A stretch of 60,317 nucleotides of DNA, filler included. It is 7 parts of 7 records of this genome, joined end to end, with 100 filler letters (N's around TTAATTAATTAA, not from the genome) between each part and the next. Parts side by side here need not be neighbours in the genome. Positions count along the whole stretch, not along the records: positions 18,387 to 26,210 come from SRR31156797_29487; positions 26,311 to 38,139 come from SRR31156797_29497; 5 more parts are not named here. One strand, 5' to 3'. The notes under the pieces were generated by a model. The model was not told where the DNA came from and did not search any database. It worked only from the letters and a program-made list of their open reading frames with translations. Shown piece by piece: positions 19,523 to 31,500 of this stretch; positions within the stretch are counted from its first letter, which is position 1, and each line of letters opens with the position of its first letter. The position numbers were made by a program, and so were the translations under genes.

Positions 19523-21970
19523 ATGCAAGTAGAGATTTCAAGAAGAAAATTTCTTCAGGGTTCTGTAGCATTATCTGTAGTTGCAGCATCAACTTCAGCA
19601 CTTTCAAATAGCACTAAAAGTGAAAATAAAAAAGTGTATGGAACTACAAAAACATCTGTTGAAAACAAAGATGTAAATATAGTTCCTACACTTTGTGAGA
19701 TGTGTGTGAATAAATGTGCAGCATATGCTAGAGTAGAGAATGGAGTGGTTACCAAATTGGATCCAAATCCACATTTTCCAAAATCACAAAATATGTTGTG
19801 TGCTAGGGGTAATGCAGGAATTCAAGCATTGTATGATCCTGATAGAATAAAATACCCATTAATTAGAGTTGGAGAAAGAGGTGAAGGAAAATACAAAAGA
19901 GTAACTTGGGATGAAGCATACACTTATATAAGTAAAAACTTGACTAAGATATTAGATGAGGAAGAGGATAATCGTTCTTGTATAGGATATTGCGCAGGCG
20001 AAGGTATGGCAGAGCATACATTTAAAACATTTATGCAAGATAAGTTTGGTTCAACAAACTTTGTAAATCACGCTTCAATATGTTTACAAACAACAGTTTC
20101 AGGTTATGCATTAACTGTTGGAGGATATGGTCAAGCTGATTTAGAAAATGCTGATTATATTATTATGGCTGGAGCAAATAGAGCAGAAGCTATTGTAACT
20201 CCAGATACTATGGAACTATTTAAAAGAACAAAAGGTAGAGGAGCAAAACTTGTAGTAATAGACCCAAGATTTACAAATACAGCAGCTCACGCTGATGAAT
20301 GGGTACCAATTGAAGTTGGTAGTGATTTAGCTTTGGTTTTAGCAATGACTCATATAGTTATAACAGAAGAGTTATATAACAAAAAATTTGTTTCTTTAAA
20401 TGTAAATGGTTTTGAAGAGTACAAAAAACATATACTTGAAAACAATTATACTCCCCAGTGGGCAGAAAAAATAACTGGTATAAAAGTATCTCAAATCAAA
20501 AAAATGGCAAGAGATTTTATGCATTATGCTCCTAAATCAATCTATTATCAAGGAAGAAGAACAGCTTGGAGTAAACAAGATTTCCAACTTAGACGCGCAC
20601 AAGCAATATTTACAGCACTTGGAGGTGGTATTGATAAAGAGGGTGGAATTATATTTGGTAAAAAACTACCTTTATCTAGCCATGAAATAAATATGCCAAT
20701 GTATGCAAATGCAGAAGGAAGAATAGAAAAAGATGCCGCTGCAATTATTGGTGGTTCTGGTTCTTGGATAGCTTGGAGAAATATGGTTGCTGAGGATAAA
20801 ACTCCATACCCAATTAGAGGAATGTTTATATATAAACAAAACCCAATGTTAAGTGTACCAAATGTTGCAAAAACAAGAAAAATGTTTGAAAAAATGGATT
20901 TAATTGTTGCAATTGAAACTATGCCAAGTGATACTGCAATGATGGCAGATGTAATCTTACCAGAGTGTACATATTTAGAAAGAGAAGACCCAGTAAAATC
21001 TTTTGGTGGAACACAACCTTCTATTGCACTTAGACAACAAGCAGTAAAACCAATGTGGGAAACAAAACCTGTGATTGAAATAATGCATGGCTTAGGTAAA
21101 AAATTATCTGAACCACTATGGGAAATCACTAAAAAATATGATGAAGATGTGCAAGATGAAATTGCTGATATGGATGAATCAGAAATTAAAAAGTACTACA
21201 AAAAGAATGGTTTTGATTTAGCTGATGCATTTGAAGAGTCGCAAGAAGAGATAAACAGACATATGGTTGAAAAAGTTTATGGAAAAAAGGCTTGGGAGAC
21301 TTTAAGAGAAAAAGGTGTGTTTTATTTAAATATGGATAAATACTTTAAAAAACTATCAGCAAATAGATATGAATGGTACCCTAAAAAAAGTAGATTTTAT
21401 TCTGTTGTAAAAGGTGAATTTAAAGCAGATGTTTTCCATGATACTTGTGTAGATGAAAAAGAGATTGCAGTACTTAAAAAGAAATTCAAAACTCCAACTG
21501 GAAAAGTTGAGTGTGTATTAGAAAACTTAGCAAGAAAAGGTGTTGATGCAATGCCAACTTGGAGACAAGAGATGTATACACAAACTCCAAAAGATAAATT
21601 CAAATTTATTACAGGGCGTCATGCTCAGTTTACACAAAATGCAACATCTAATAACGCGATGTTATTGGATTTATTACCAGAAAACTATTTATGGGTAAAT
21701 AAAAGAGTTGCAAGGCAAAGAGGTATTGAATTTGGTGATTTAGTTGAGGTAGAAAGTAAAATTGGAAAAATAAATATTAAAGCTTATCCAACAGAAAAAA
21801 TAGGACCAAATACTTTATTTTTTGTGCACGGATTTGGTTCTTCGTCAGATAATCTAACTTTGGCTAAAGGAAATGGTGCAAGTGATAATACTATTATCGA
21901 AGATACTATTGAACCAGTATTTGGTAGTGCAGCGATGCATGAGACAATCGTTGATATAAGAAAGGTTTAA
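19523..21970 (+). CDS. psrA: Polysulfide/thiosulfate reductase-type Mo-bisPGD catalytic subunit (PsrA/PhsA family)
   Basis: Tat signal SRRKFLQ, CEMCVNKC...LCARG Fe-S motif, HASIC ligand region, C-terminal molydopterin-binding domain. Confidence 0.82.
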   Translation: MQVEISRRKFLQGSVALSVVAASTSALSNSTKSENKKVYGTTKTSVENKDVNIVPTLCEMCVNKCAAYARVENGVVTKLDPNPHFPKSQNMLCARGNAGIQALYDPDRIKYPLIRVGERGEGKYKRVTWDEAYTYISKNLTKILDEEEDNRSCIGYCAGEGMAEHTFKTFMQDKFGSTNFVNHASICLQTTVSGYALTVGGYGQADLENADYIIMAGANRAEAIVTPDTMELFKRTKGRGAKLVVIDPRFTNTAAHADEWVPIEVGSDLALVLAMTHIVITEELYNKKFVSLNVNGFEEYKKHILENNYTPQWAEKITGIKVSQIKKMARDFMHYAPKSIYYQGRRTAWSKQDFQLRRAQAIFTALGGGIDKEGGIIFGKKLPLSSHEINMPMYANAEGRIEKDAAAIIGGSGSWIAWRNMVAEDKTPYPIRGMFIYKQNPMLSVPNVAKTRKMFEKMDLIVAIETMPSDTAMMADVILPECTYLEREDPVKSFGGTQPSIALRQQAVKPMWETKPVIEIMHGLGKKLSEPLWEITKKYDEDVQDEIADMDESEIKKYYKKNGFDLADAFEESQEEINRHMVEKVYGKKAWETLREKGVFYLNMDKYFKKLSANRYEWYPKKSRFYSVVKGEFKADVFHDTCVDEKEIAVLKKKFKTPTGKVECVLENLARKGVDAMPTWRQEMYTQTPKDKFKFITGRHAQFTQNATSNNAMLLDLLPENYLWVNKRVARQRGIEFGDLVEVESKIGKINIKAYPTEKIGPNTLFFVHGFGSSSDNLTLAKGNGASDNTIIEDTIEPVFGSAAMHETIVDIRKV

Positions 21971-21972
21971 TT

Positions 21973-22536
21973 ATGGCTAGATATGCAATGGCACTAGATT
22001 ATAAAAATTGTATTAATTGTAAAGCATGTGAAACAGCATGTAAAGAGGAAAATGGCGTACTTTTAGGTGCAGAAAGTCATAGAATTTGGGTTGGAACAAA
22101 AGAGATAGAAGGGGAGTTTCCTTTTCTAAATATCTCATCAAGTAATTTTCTTCCAAGCCAATGTCAACAATGCTCAAATGCTCCATGTCAAGAAGTATGC
22201 CCTACAAATGCAACATATTATGATGAGAATGGAGTTGTAAGAGTTGATGCTGATAAATGTATATTATGCTCTTACTGTATGACTGCATGTCCTTATGATG
22301 CTAGATATGTAGATGATAGAACAAATACAGTTGATAAATGCAATTTTTGTGCGGAAACTAGATTAGCAAGAGGTGAAACAACAACTGCTTGTCAGGCAAC
22401 ATGTCCTACAAAAGTTAGAATATTTGGTGATTTGGATGATCCAAATAGTGAGATTTCACAGGTATTAAGAACAAGAGAACATTTCTCATTAAAATCACAT
22501 TTAGGTACTGAACCTAAACTATTTTATCTAACATAA
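21973..22536 (+). CDS. psrB: Four-cluster Fe-S electron transfer subunit (PsrB/NrfC-like)
   Basis: CINCKACETAC, CQQCSNAPCQEVCP, CILCSYCMTACP, KCNFC...CQATCP. Confidence 0.85.
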   Translation: MARYAMALDYKNCINCKACETACKEENGVLLGAESHRIWVGTKEIEGEFPFLNISSSNFLPSQCQQCSNAPCQEVCPTNATYYDENGVVRVDADKCILCSYCMTACPYDARYVDDRTNTVDKCNFCAETRLARGETTTACQATCPTKVRIFGDLDDPNSEISQVLRTREHFSLKSHLGTEPKLFYLT

Positions 22537-22543
22537 GGAGTTT

Positions 22544-23725
22544 GTGATGAGTATAAGAACATTTATTCCTATCAAAGAGGTTTCTTTTAAAGAGCTTGTT
22601 ACATTTAAAGCGAGTTTTTCAAATGTAACTATGGCATTACTTACTTTAGGTTTGGTTGCTTTATTTATTGCAGGAGCAATAACTTATCTAATAGAGGGGC
22701 ACCATGCATATAATGTAACAAGAGAACACCCTTGGGGTTTGATTATTGGTATGTATGTATTTTTTGTTGTATCTAGTACTGGATTGTGTATTATGTCTTC
22801 AATAGGACATGTATTTGGTGTAAAAGAGTTTGAAATTATTGGTAAAAGAGCAATAATTGGAGCAATACTTACAATCTCTACAGGGTTTTTAGTAATCGCC
22901 TTAGAGATTGGACACCCAATAAGAATGGTTATTTACAATATCTTAACTCCAGGTTTTACTTCTGCTATTTGGTGGATGGGTACTTTGTATGGTATGTATT
23001 TAGGATTTATAATATTTGAGTTTTTCTTTTTGATTAAAGAGAATCATAAATGGTCAAAGATATTTGGATTAGGAGGATTATTAGTTGGTATTGCAGCTCA
23101 TAGTAACCTTGGTGCAGTATTTGGGTTTTTGATTGCTAGACCAATATCAAATGGTGTATTTTTTCCTATATATTTTATTTTATCAGCAATGATTACAGGT
23201 TCATACTTACTATTTTTAATGTATGGGTTTAGATATAAAATGGATTTTCCACCTGAAGTTGAAGCGATGTTGAAAAAACTTGCAAAAATTTTAGGCTTGC
23301 TATTGGCTATATTGATGTTTTTTGAGATTTGGAGAATGTTTACATCTATTTATGGTGGAATGCCAGGTCGTGCAAATGTTGCAGAGCATATTTTGACAAG
23401 TAGTAACTTTTTGGTTGGGGAAGTACTATTGGGAATGGTTATACCTTTTTTAGTGATTTTATTAAGTAAAGGTAACAATATAAAAGGTATGGTTTGGGCT
23501 TCTATTTTAGGTATGGTTGGAATCTTCTTTATGAGATACGATTTAGTTCACGATACACAGCTAATGCCTTTACAATTATTAAAAATTAGGGAGTATCAGT
23601 TAGCACCAAGTTTTGTAGAGTATTTCCCTTCTTTTGCAGAGATTGCTATATCTATTGGTGGTATTGGTGTCTGCTTATTGTTATATTATTTTGCAGAGAA
23701 ACTATTTAATCTAGATTATAAATAG
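22544..23725 (+). CDS. psrC: NrfD/PsrC family membrane anchor
   Basis: PWGLIIGMYVFF, LEIGHPIR, SAIWWMG; many TM helices; third gene of the operon. Confidence 0.82.
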   Translation: MMSIRTFIPIKEVSFKELVTFKASFSNVTMALLTLGLVALFIAGAITYLIEGHHAYNVTREHPWGLIIGMYVFFVVSSTGLCIMSSIGHVFGVKEFEIIGKRAIIGAILTISTGFLVIALEIGHPIRMVIYNILTPGFTSAIWWMGTLYGMYLGFIIFEFFFLIKENHKWSKIFGLGGLLVGIAAHSNLGAVFGFLIARPISNGVFFPIYFILSAMITGSYLLFLMYGFRYKMDFPPEVEAMLKKLAKILGLLLAILMFFEIWRMFTSIYGGMPGRANVAEHILTSSNFLVGEVLLGMVIPFLVILLSKGNNIKGMVWASILGMVGIFFMRYDLVHDTQLMPLQLLKIREYQLAPSFVEYFPSFAEIAISIGGIGVCLLLYYFAEKLFNLDYK

Positions 23726-23740
23726 AAGAAAGGATATGTC

Positions 23741-24928
23741 ATGAAAGTCGGAATTGTTTTTAAAGGATTGTTAGTTATAGGTTTAAGTACAGGTTTATAC
23801 GCAAGCGAAGCTTTAAACATTGAAAAAGTAAGTCCAAAGGTTCAAACTCTAATAACAAAATATAAGTTAGATGTTGTGGACTATACTTATGCAAAAGCAA
23901 AAATGGCAAAAGGAACTGTAGATGGTGCAAAAGCAATCTTTGTTGATGCTAGACCAAACAAGAAATACAAAGCTGGAACTATTCCAAGCTCTATAAATAT
24001 TCCAGATACTGAGTATAAAAAATATATTGGGCAACTAAAAAATACTGCAAAAAACAAAGAGATACTTGTATTTTGCGGAGGTTGGAAATGTGGCAAAAGT
24101 CCAAAGGTTGCAAATATGTTAAAAAAAGATGGTTTTACAAATGTAAAACTTTATCAAGCAGGAGAACCTGAATGGAGCAAAAAAAATTATAAACAAATAG
24201 ATTTATCTGTGATTAAAAGTGCCCAAGAGAAAAATAGTTCTTTTTTAATTGATGCTAGACCTTATGTGAAATTTTTGCAAGAAACTATTCCTGGAAGTAT
24301 CTCAATTCCTGATACTGAGCTTGAAAAACTAAAAGGAAGATTCCCTGTAAACCATAAAGAAAAAGTTATAGTTTTTTGTGGGGGATATAAATGTGTCAAA
24401 TCACATAATGTAGCAAAAAAACTTATCTCTATGGGCTATAGAGATGTCTCTGTTTTTGCAGCAGGAGTTCCAGCTTGGAAAAAAGCAGGCTTATCTACTA
24501 CTAAAAGTGCAGCAAAAAAAGTAGAAAAACCTTCAGCTAAAAAACCTATGTTTAGTAAAAATGGAGCAAAATTAGGAGCTGATGAGGGAAGTATAGATGG
24601 TGAGTGGTTATATTCTTTAATCAAACAAGATAAAGTTCCTTCATTTATCCAAATAGTTGATGTTACAAGTGAAGATGAATATAAACAAGGACATTTAAAA
24701 GGTGCGATAAATATTACAGCTGAGAGCTTATCTGCTAAAGAGTTATTAGCTAAACTTCCAAAAGATAAAACAGTAGTTTTTAATTGTACTGCAGGTGGAA
24801 GATCAATGGATGCATGGTCAAAACTAAATGAAGTGGGAATTGATGTTTCTGAAATCTTTTATTTTGATGCAAATATTGATTGTAAAGGTAATGATTGTAA
24901 GATTGAGGTTAATGAGCCTTTAGAATAA
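23741..24928 (+). CDS. Exported three-domain rhodanese / sulfurtransferase
   Basis: Signal peptide; VDARP...FCGGWKC, IDARP...FCGGYKC, VDV...FNCTAGGRS. Confidence 0.85.
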   Translation: MKVGIVFKGLLVIGLSTGLYASEALNIEKVSPKVQTLITKYKLDVVDYTYAKAKMAKGTVDGAKAIFVDARPNKKYKAGTIPSSINIPDTEYKKYIGQLKNTAKNKEILVFCGGWKCGKSPKVANMLKKDGFTNVKLYQAGEPEWSKKNYKQIDLSVIKSAQEKNSSFLIDARPYVKFLQETIPGSISIPDTELEKLKGRFPVNHKEKVIVFCGGYKCVKSHNVAKKLISMGYRDVSVFAAGVPAWKKAGLSTTKSAAKKVEKPSAKKPMFSKNGAKLGADEGSIDGEWLYSLIKQDKVPSFIQIVDVTSEDEYKQGHLKGAINITAESLSAKELLAKLPKDKTVVFNCTAGGRSMDAWSKLNEVGIDVSEIFYFDANIDCKGNDCKIEVNEPLE

Positions 24929-24974
24929 GCTTGTAATATTAATATAAATAAGGGAATATAACAATTATATTCTC

Positions 24975-25865
24975 TTATTTAGTCTTATTTTCTATAATTG
25001 ATAATATATTATTTATTAGTTTATATACATTAATTAATGTATTGTAGTTATAGTATTCAGGTATAAGTCCACTAACAAAGTAGTTAGAATTAAAACAATT
25101 AAACTCTTGTGAAATAAAAATATAAAGATCATTTTCTATAAAAGATAAAGAGATATTTTTATCTAAGATATCAATGATATTTAAAATAGTATTTTGATAA
25201 TCTTGATTATTGAATTCTCTAATTAATAAATGTTTTTCATATTCTATTTTATGAAATCTACTATTAAATGCGTTAGAAAAACTTTTGAATGATAAAAAAC
25301 TATTTTCATAGATATAAGCTTCTACTGGAAAATTAATATTACTTACTTTAATAAAAAGTCCTTTTCTATTTGTGTATGAAATAGGAGTATTAATATTTGT
25401 ATTATTCAAAGAAATTGATGAAAATATAATTTCCTTGCCGTTGATTTTAGTTTTAAAAGACCAAATATTTTGAATTGATTGACTAATCACCATATATTCA
25501 TATATATTGAAGAAAGTAGATTTTATTGCATCATCTTTTAAATTTATATAATTAAAAAAGGTTGCATCATTGTTAAATATTTTTAATATTTTAGGAAATA
25601 TTTGAGTATCAATAATATCTTTATACTCATATCTAAATGTATATTTAGCAACTATAAACATTATAGAACTAGTAAATATTGAAAGTAGTAAAAAACTGAT
25701 GTGTAGATTATACTTATCTATAAAAACATAGGTAAGTATATTAAAAAGGATTAAAATTGAAGTAAAAACAAATAGCTTGTTTTCAGCTTTTTTTATATCT
25801 TTTTCTAATATATTTATTAGTGGTTTTATAAGATTATTAAAATCTATTTTAAATATTTCTTCCAT
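24975..25865 (-). CDS. Hypothetical membrane protein (two N-terminal TM helices), very AT-rich
   Basis: 296-aa ORF in AT-rich DNA; no recognised motif. Confidence 0.6.
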   Translation of the reverse strand: MEEIFKIDFNNLIKPLINILEKDIKKAENKLFVFTSILILFNILTYVFIDKYNLHISFLLLSIFTSSIMFIVAKYTFRYEYKDIIDTQIFPKILKIFNNDATFFNYINLKDDAIKSTFFNIYEYMVISQSIQNIWSFKTKINGKEIIFSSISLNNTNINTPISYTNRKGLFIKVSNINFPVEAYIYENSFLSFKSFSNAFNSRFHKIEYEKHLLIREFNNQDYQNTILNIIDILDKNISLSFIENDLYIFISQEFNCFNSNYFVSGLIPEYYNYNTLINVYKLINNILSIIENKTK

Positions 25866-25981
25866 TTCTTCTCTAATTATTAATAATTTCTTATATTATA
25901 TCATATGGAGCTTAACATGAATCAATTGTTAATAAATGAAGATGAGTTGTTGGTTGTAGTAATTGTTAAATATATTGACAT

Positions 25982-26020
25982 AAAAAAAGGGCTTGATGAT
26001 TAACTTCAAACCCTTTTTTT
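25982..26020 (-). terminator. Intrinsic terminator after rplT (potentially bidirectional)
   Basis: AAAAAAAGGGCTTGA...TCAAACCCTTTTTTT. Confidence 0.75.
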
Positions 26021-26041
26021 GTTTTTGCAAATTTATATAAA

Positions 26042-26209
26042 TTATGCTGCGATTGCTTCTTTTGCTTTTACAACTAATGCTGCGAATGCATCTGCATCGT
26101 TCATAGCCATATCAGCTAAGATTTTTCTATCTAATTCAATGTTAGCTAATTTTAAACCATTCATGAATCTAGAGTAGTTGATATCATTTAATCTACAAGC
26201 AGCGTTGAT
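26042..26209 (-). CDS. rplT: 50S ribosomal protein L20, 3' fragment (not in ORF track)
   Basis: Hand translation: [55 protein letters not shown]. Confidence 0.95.
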   Translation of the reverse strand: MNAACRLNDINYSRFMNGLKLANIELDRKILADMAMNDADAFAALVVKAKEAIAA

Positions 26210-26337
26210 TNNNNNNNNNNNNNNNNNNNNNNNNNNNNNNNNNNNNNNNNNNNNTTAATTAATTAANNNNNNNNNNNNNNNNNNNNNNNNNNNNNNNNNN
26301 NNNNNNNNNNAAAAGGGTTTAAGAATCCCAAAACTTT

Positions 26338-27111
26338 TTAGTAGGCTTCGCCGCTTCGTTTGCACGATCTTGCGGAAACGCAGCTGTTTATTTCATTTAA
26401 AATTTTGGTTTCGAGTTCATTTACGTAAGAACTTAAATTCCATTCCCATTTACGGTCTCCGGCTATCAGTTCGATGCCAAGGCCCAGTCTGGAATCAGTT
26501 ATGAAAATTCGTTCATTATCAACCAAAAACAATTCATTGAGCAATTGTTTTAGGTTTTGTTCTTGTAGCTCAGTATGTTCGAATCCAGTACGAATCAGAA
26601 TTTCTGAATTGCCGCAATCCACACCACGCGCTTCTTCATCAATACGCTGCATGAATCCACTTAAAATCAGCTGCTCAAGATCACTACCGGAAAGATCCTG
26701 CACAATCCGTGCGGCGGTGGCAGAGATCTCATGGATGAGCTTCTTACGCAGGTTAAGCGCAACACTTTCCTTTTCCCGCTCCAATGCGGCCAGCCATTCC
26801 CTGCGCATGGTTTCAACCTCACCACGTGCAGAATCCATGACCTGCTCACGCCACCTTTCGGCCTCGGCATGGATTTCTGCCATGACCTCGGCCTCACGGT
26901 TATCAAGGTCCGCACGTTTACTGCGGAGTTCCATATTCAAGGTCTGCGCTTCAGTTCTGGCTTCTCGCAATGCATGAGTTTCCTGCGCAACATGCTCCTT
27001 ACGCTGCCGCATAGCCTCAATAATCGGCTTGTACAAAAACAACCTGAGCAATGCGATAAGCACAAAGAAGTTCAGGATCTGCGCAAAGATCGTGAACCAA
27101 TCCAACAGCAT
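26338..27111 (-). CDS. atpF: N-ATPase b subunit (long b/delta-like form)
   Basis: LDWFTIFAQILNFFVLIALLRLFLYKPI, coiled coil, C-terminal LGLGIEL...WNLSSY. Confidence 0.88.
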   Translation of the reverse strand: MLLDWFTIFAQILNFFVLIALLRLFLYKPIIEAMRQRKEHVAQETHALREARTEAQTLNMELRSKRADLDNREAEVMAEIHAEAERWREQVMDSARGEVETMRREWLAALEREKESVALNLRKKLIHEISATAARIVQDLSGSDLEQLILSGFMQRIDEEARGVDCGNSEILIRTGFEHTELQEQNLKQLLNELFLVDNERIFITDSRLGLGIELIAGDRKWEWNLSSYVNELETKILNEINSCVSARSCKRSGEAY

Positions 27112-27113
27112 TA

Positions 27114-27392
27114 TCAGCCTCCGGCCTTTTCAATAAAGTATGACCAGAACGGATTCGCAAAAAGCAGAATCATAGCCAACACAAAACAATAGATCGCCGT
27201 AGATTCGACCATTGCCATACCCACAAACAAAAACTTAACAATAGTATTAGTCTCATCAGGCTGCTGGGCAATAGAACTGAGTGCCCGTGAAAGGGCCATC
27301 CCCTCACCGATCGCAGGCCCAATGGCCCCAATGCCCATACAAAGCCCTGCCGCAATAATCGACCCAAAAGCAATCCAACCAAGAGTTTCCAT
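27114..27392 (-). CDS. atpE: N-ATPase c subunit
   Basis: GAIGPAIGEG, AQQPD loop, ESTAIY; AAGGAGG upstream of METLG. Confidence 0.95.
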   Translation of the reverse strand: METLGWIAFGSIIAAGLCMGIGAIGPAIGEGMALSRALSSIAQQPDETNTIVKFLFVGMAMVESTAIYCFVLAMILLFANPFWSYFIEKAGG

Positions 27393-27411
27393 ACGAACCT
27401 CCTTTTGATTA

Positions 27412-28080
27412 TTATCCATGCACTTCAAGTCCTGCGGCGATAAACACCGCCGCAAGCACGGTAAATATATAAGCCTGCACCACTCCGATAAGCAGCCCGA
27501 GCATCTGCATGATTACAGGCACGAACAACGGCATAATCACCAGTAAAATTGCTCCCATCATGGTTCCACTAAGTATGTTCCCGAAAAGACGCACCGCTAA
27601 AGCAAAAGTCCGGCTGACCTCACCGATCATGTTAAAAGGCAGCATAAACGGCGAAGGCTGCACGTAACTTTTAAGATAGTTGAGCAAACCGTTCTCCTTT
27701 ATTCCGTAATAGGGAACGGCGAAAAAGACGATCAGGCTGAAGGCCGTGGTAGTTGAAAGTGACCCTGTGGGCGGCTTGAATCCCGGCACAACGGAAAGAA
27801 GATTGGAAACGAGAATGAAAATAAACAGAGTTCCGAGCAACGGTAGAAACTTCTCCGGCTGCTGATTGGTAGCATCCTTGATCTGGGATAACAGCCCACC
27901 CACTAGAACTTCCAACAGATTCTGCTGCCCTGTAATCTGCGCAGAGGATGTTACTCTACGGGTCACAAACCATGAAAATCCCACAAGCAGAACCATAACC
28001 AGCCATGTATAAACTATGGTGGCATTCAGCTTAAAAAATCCAAAGCTGAAATAAATAATATGGTCCGGGCTTATTTCCAT
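27412..28080 (-). CDS. atpB: N-ATPase a subunit
   Basis: PPTGSLSTT, LAVRLFGNI, GVVQAYIF. Confidence 0.95.
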   Translation of the reverse strand: MEISPDHIIYFSFGFFKLNATIVYTWLVMVLLVGFSWFVTRRVTSSAQITGQQNLLEVLVGGLLSQIKDATNQQPEKFLPLLGTLFIFILVSNLLSVVPGFKPPTGSLSTTTAFSLIVFFAVPYYGIKENGLLNYLKSYVQPSPFMLPFNMIGEVSRTFALAVRLFGNILSGTMMGAILLVIMPLFVPVIMQMLGLLIGVVQAYIFTVLAAVFIAAGLEVHG

Positions 28081-28388
28081 TCAGTCCCCTTCATTTTGAC
28101 TATATCCAGCATGCCCATGCCGCAATGATTTGCCAGCACGTAAGTTCTTAATAGATAGAACCCGAAAAATGCTGCCACAAACGGCAACGGCCCATAGCTC
28201 AGAACCTGCGCAAAACCCCAAAGGGTTATTCCATAACGACCCAGATAGCTGGACCAGAAAAACAAACGCGGACGTTCACAGCGAGGCAGCATACGCACGG
28301 TCAGCCACAAACCGCCGAAATGAATTGCCGAAAGAAGCAAACCTATACCAAAAGCGGCAATGGTTATCATAAAACTACTGATGATCAT
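28071..28388 (-). CDS. atpR: N-ATPase AtpR subunit
   Basis: HFGGLWLTVR motif; position between atpQ and atpB; exact start uncertain. Confidence 0.8.
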   Translation of the reverse strand: MIISSFMITIAAFGIGLLLSAIHFGGLWLTVRMLPRCERPRLFFWSSYLGRYGITLWGFAQVLSYGPLPFVAAFFGFYLLRTYVLANHCGMGMLDIVKMKGTEWK

Positions 28389-28742
28389 TTTCTCCATCTT
28401 TAGCCCCTATATCCTGTTGCTCCCACTCTTCACGTTCTTTGATAATCTTGTTCTTCTCGCGATTCATCCATATCCCGGCAAACAAGCAGCCTATGGCAAG
28501 CCCCGCCCCAAGCATGGTCATGGTCCAATTGATTTTGGTAGGCCAACGATGATCCAGCCAAACTCCAAACAGACTGCCCAGCACCACAGGTAAAGCCACC
28601 AGCCAGCCCACGGCCCCCATGGCCCCAAAAGCCGACCACGCACCGACAGTACCTTTTTGCTCCGCACGAATTTTACGTTGCTCCTTGCTGCCTACCATCT
28701 GACCAAATTCCTTCGGCTTGCGGTCACTTGGCTTGGACGGAC

Positions 28743-28746
<4 letters not shown>
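28375..28746 (-). CDS. N-ATPase AtpQ (AtpZ/AtpI-like) protein
   Basis: GAVGWLVALPVVLG...GVWLD...WTMTML...GC; conserved position in the operon. Confidence 0.82.
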
Positions 28747-30592
<1,846 letters not shown>

Positions 30593-30714
30593 TTAAGTTT
30601 GTTTTTTCACAGAAGTAAGCACTCCACCCGAATAACACTCCTATCTCCGGTTGACTTCCATATATTAAAGAGTAGCCTGTCCCGGTCACGAAAACGTTAT
30701 CTGGAGTTATCCAA

Positions 30715-31494
30715 ATGATTATAAAGAATAAAAAACAAATCGATCTCATGCGCGAAGCAGGTATCCTGCTCTACAACGCCCACATGGTGGCTAAAGAAAT
30801 GTGCGAAACCGGTACAAGTACCGAAGTAATCAACGCCGAAGTAGAAAAATTCATTACTTCCCACGGCGCCACTCCACTTTTCAAAGGTGTTCCGGGCAAG
30901 GTCCCCTTTCCTGCAGGATGCTGCATGTCCATCAACGAAGCCATTGTCCACGGCATTCCCTCTGCCCGTAAACTGGAAAACGGAGATATTCTGTCCATCG
31001 ACATCGGTGTTCGCTTGAACGGCTGGTGCTCGGACTGCGCCGTGACCCATGCTATTGGTGAAATTGATGATGAAAAACAAAAGCTCATGGACGTCACCGA
31101 AGAATGCCTGCGCATTGCAATCAAGAGGATCAAACCGGGCATCAAATGGAGCAAGATTGCTAAAGAAATGTCCAAATATGCCCGTAATGCAGGTTTTTCC
31201 GTTGTCGAATCACTGGTCGGGCACGGTATAGGCGAAGGCCTCTGGGAATCCCCGCAGGTACCCAACTACCACAGCAGACTGGTCAAAGATTTCAAACTTA
31301 AACAGGGGCTGGTTATTGCCGTGGAACCTATGATCAATGCGGGTGTAAAAACTACCGAAACCCTGAAAGATCATTGGACCATCATCACCAAAGACGGCAA
31401 GCCCTCCGCCCACTTTGAACACACCATCGCCGTAACCGCCAATGGAGCACAGGTACTGACCTGCGGTGAAAATGGTGAAGGCTGGGCATTGTAG
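30715..31494 (+). CDS. map: Methionine aminopeptidase type I
   Basis: SINEAIVHGIP, GHGIG, AVEPMIN, SAHFEHT. Confidence 0.95.
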   Translation: MIIKNKKQIDLMREAGILLYNAHMVAKEMCETGTSTEVINAEVEKFITSHGATPLFKGVPGKVPFPAGCCMSINEAIVHGIPSARKLENGDILSIDIGVRLNGWCSDCAVTHAIGEIDDEKQKLMDVTEECLRIAIKRIKPGIKWSKIAKEMSKYARNAGFSVVESLVGHGIGEGLWESPQVPNYHSRLVKDFKLKQGLVIAVEPMINAGVKTTETLKDHWTIITKDGKPSAHFEHTIAVTANGAQVLTCGENGEGWAL

Positions 31495-31500
31495 AACCTT

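Noticed and set aside
17240-21970. Apparent W/Mo cluster (aldehyde oxidoreductase next to mobA and psrA)
   Set aside because: Separated by a spacer, with sharply different base composition; different organisms
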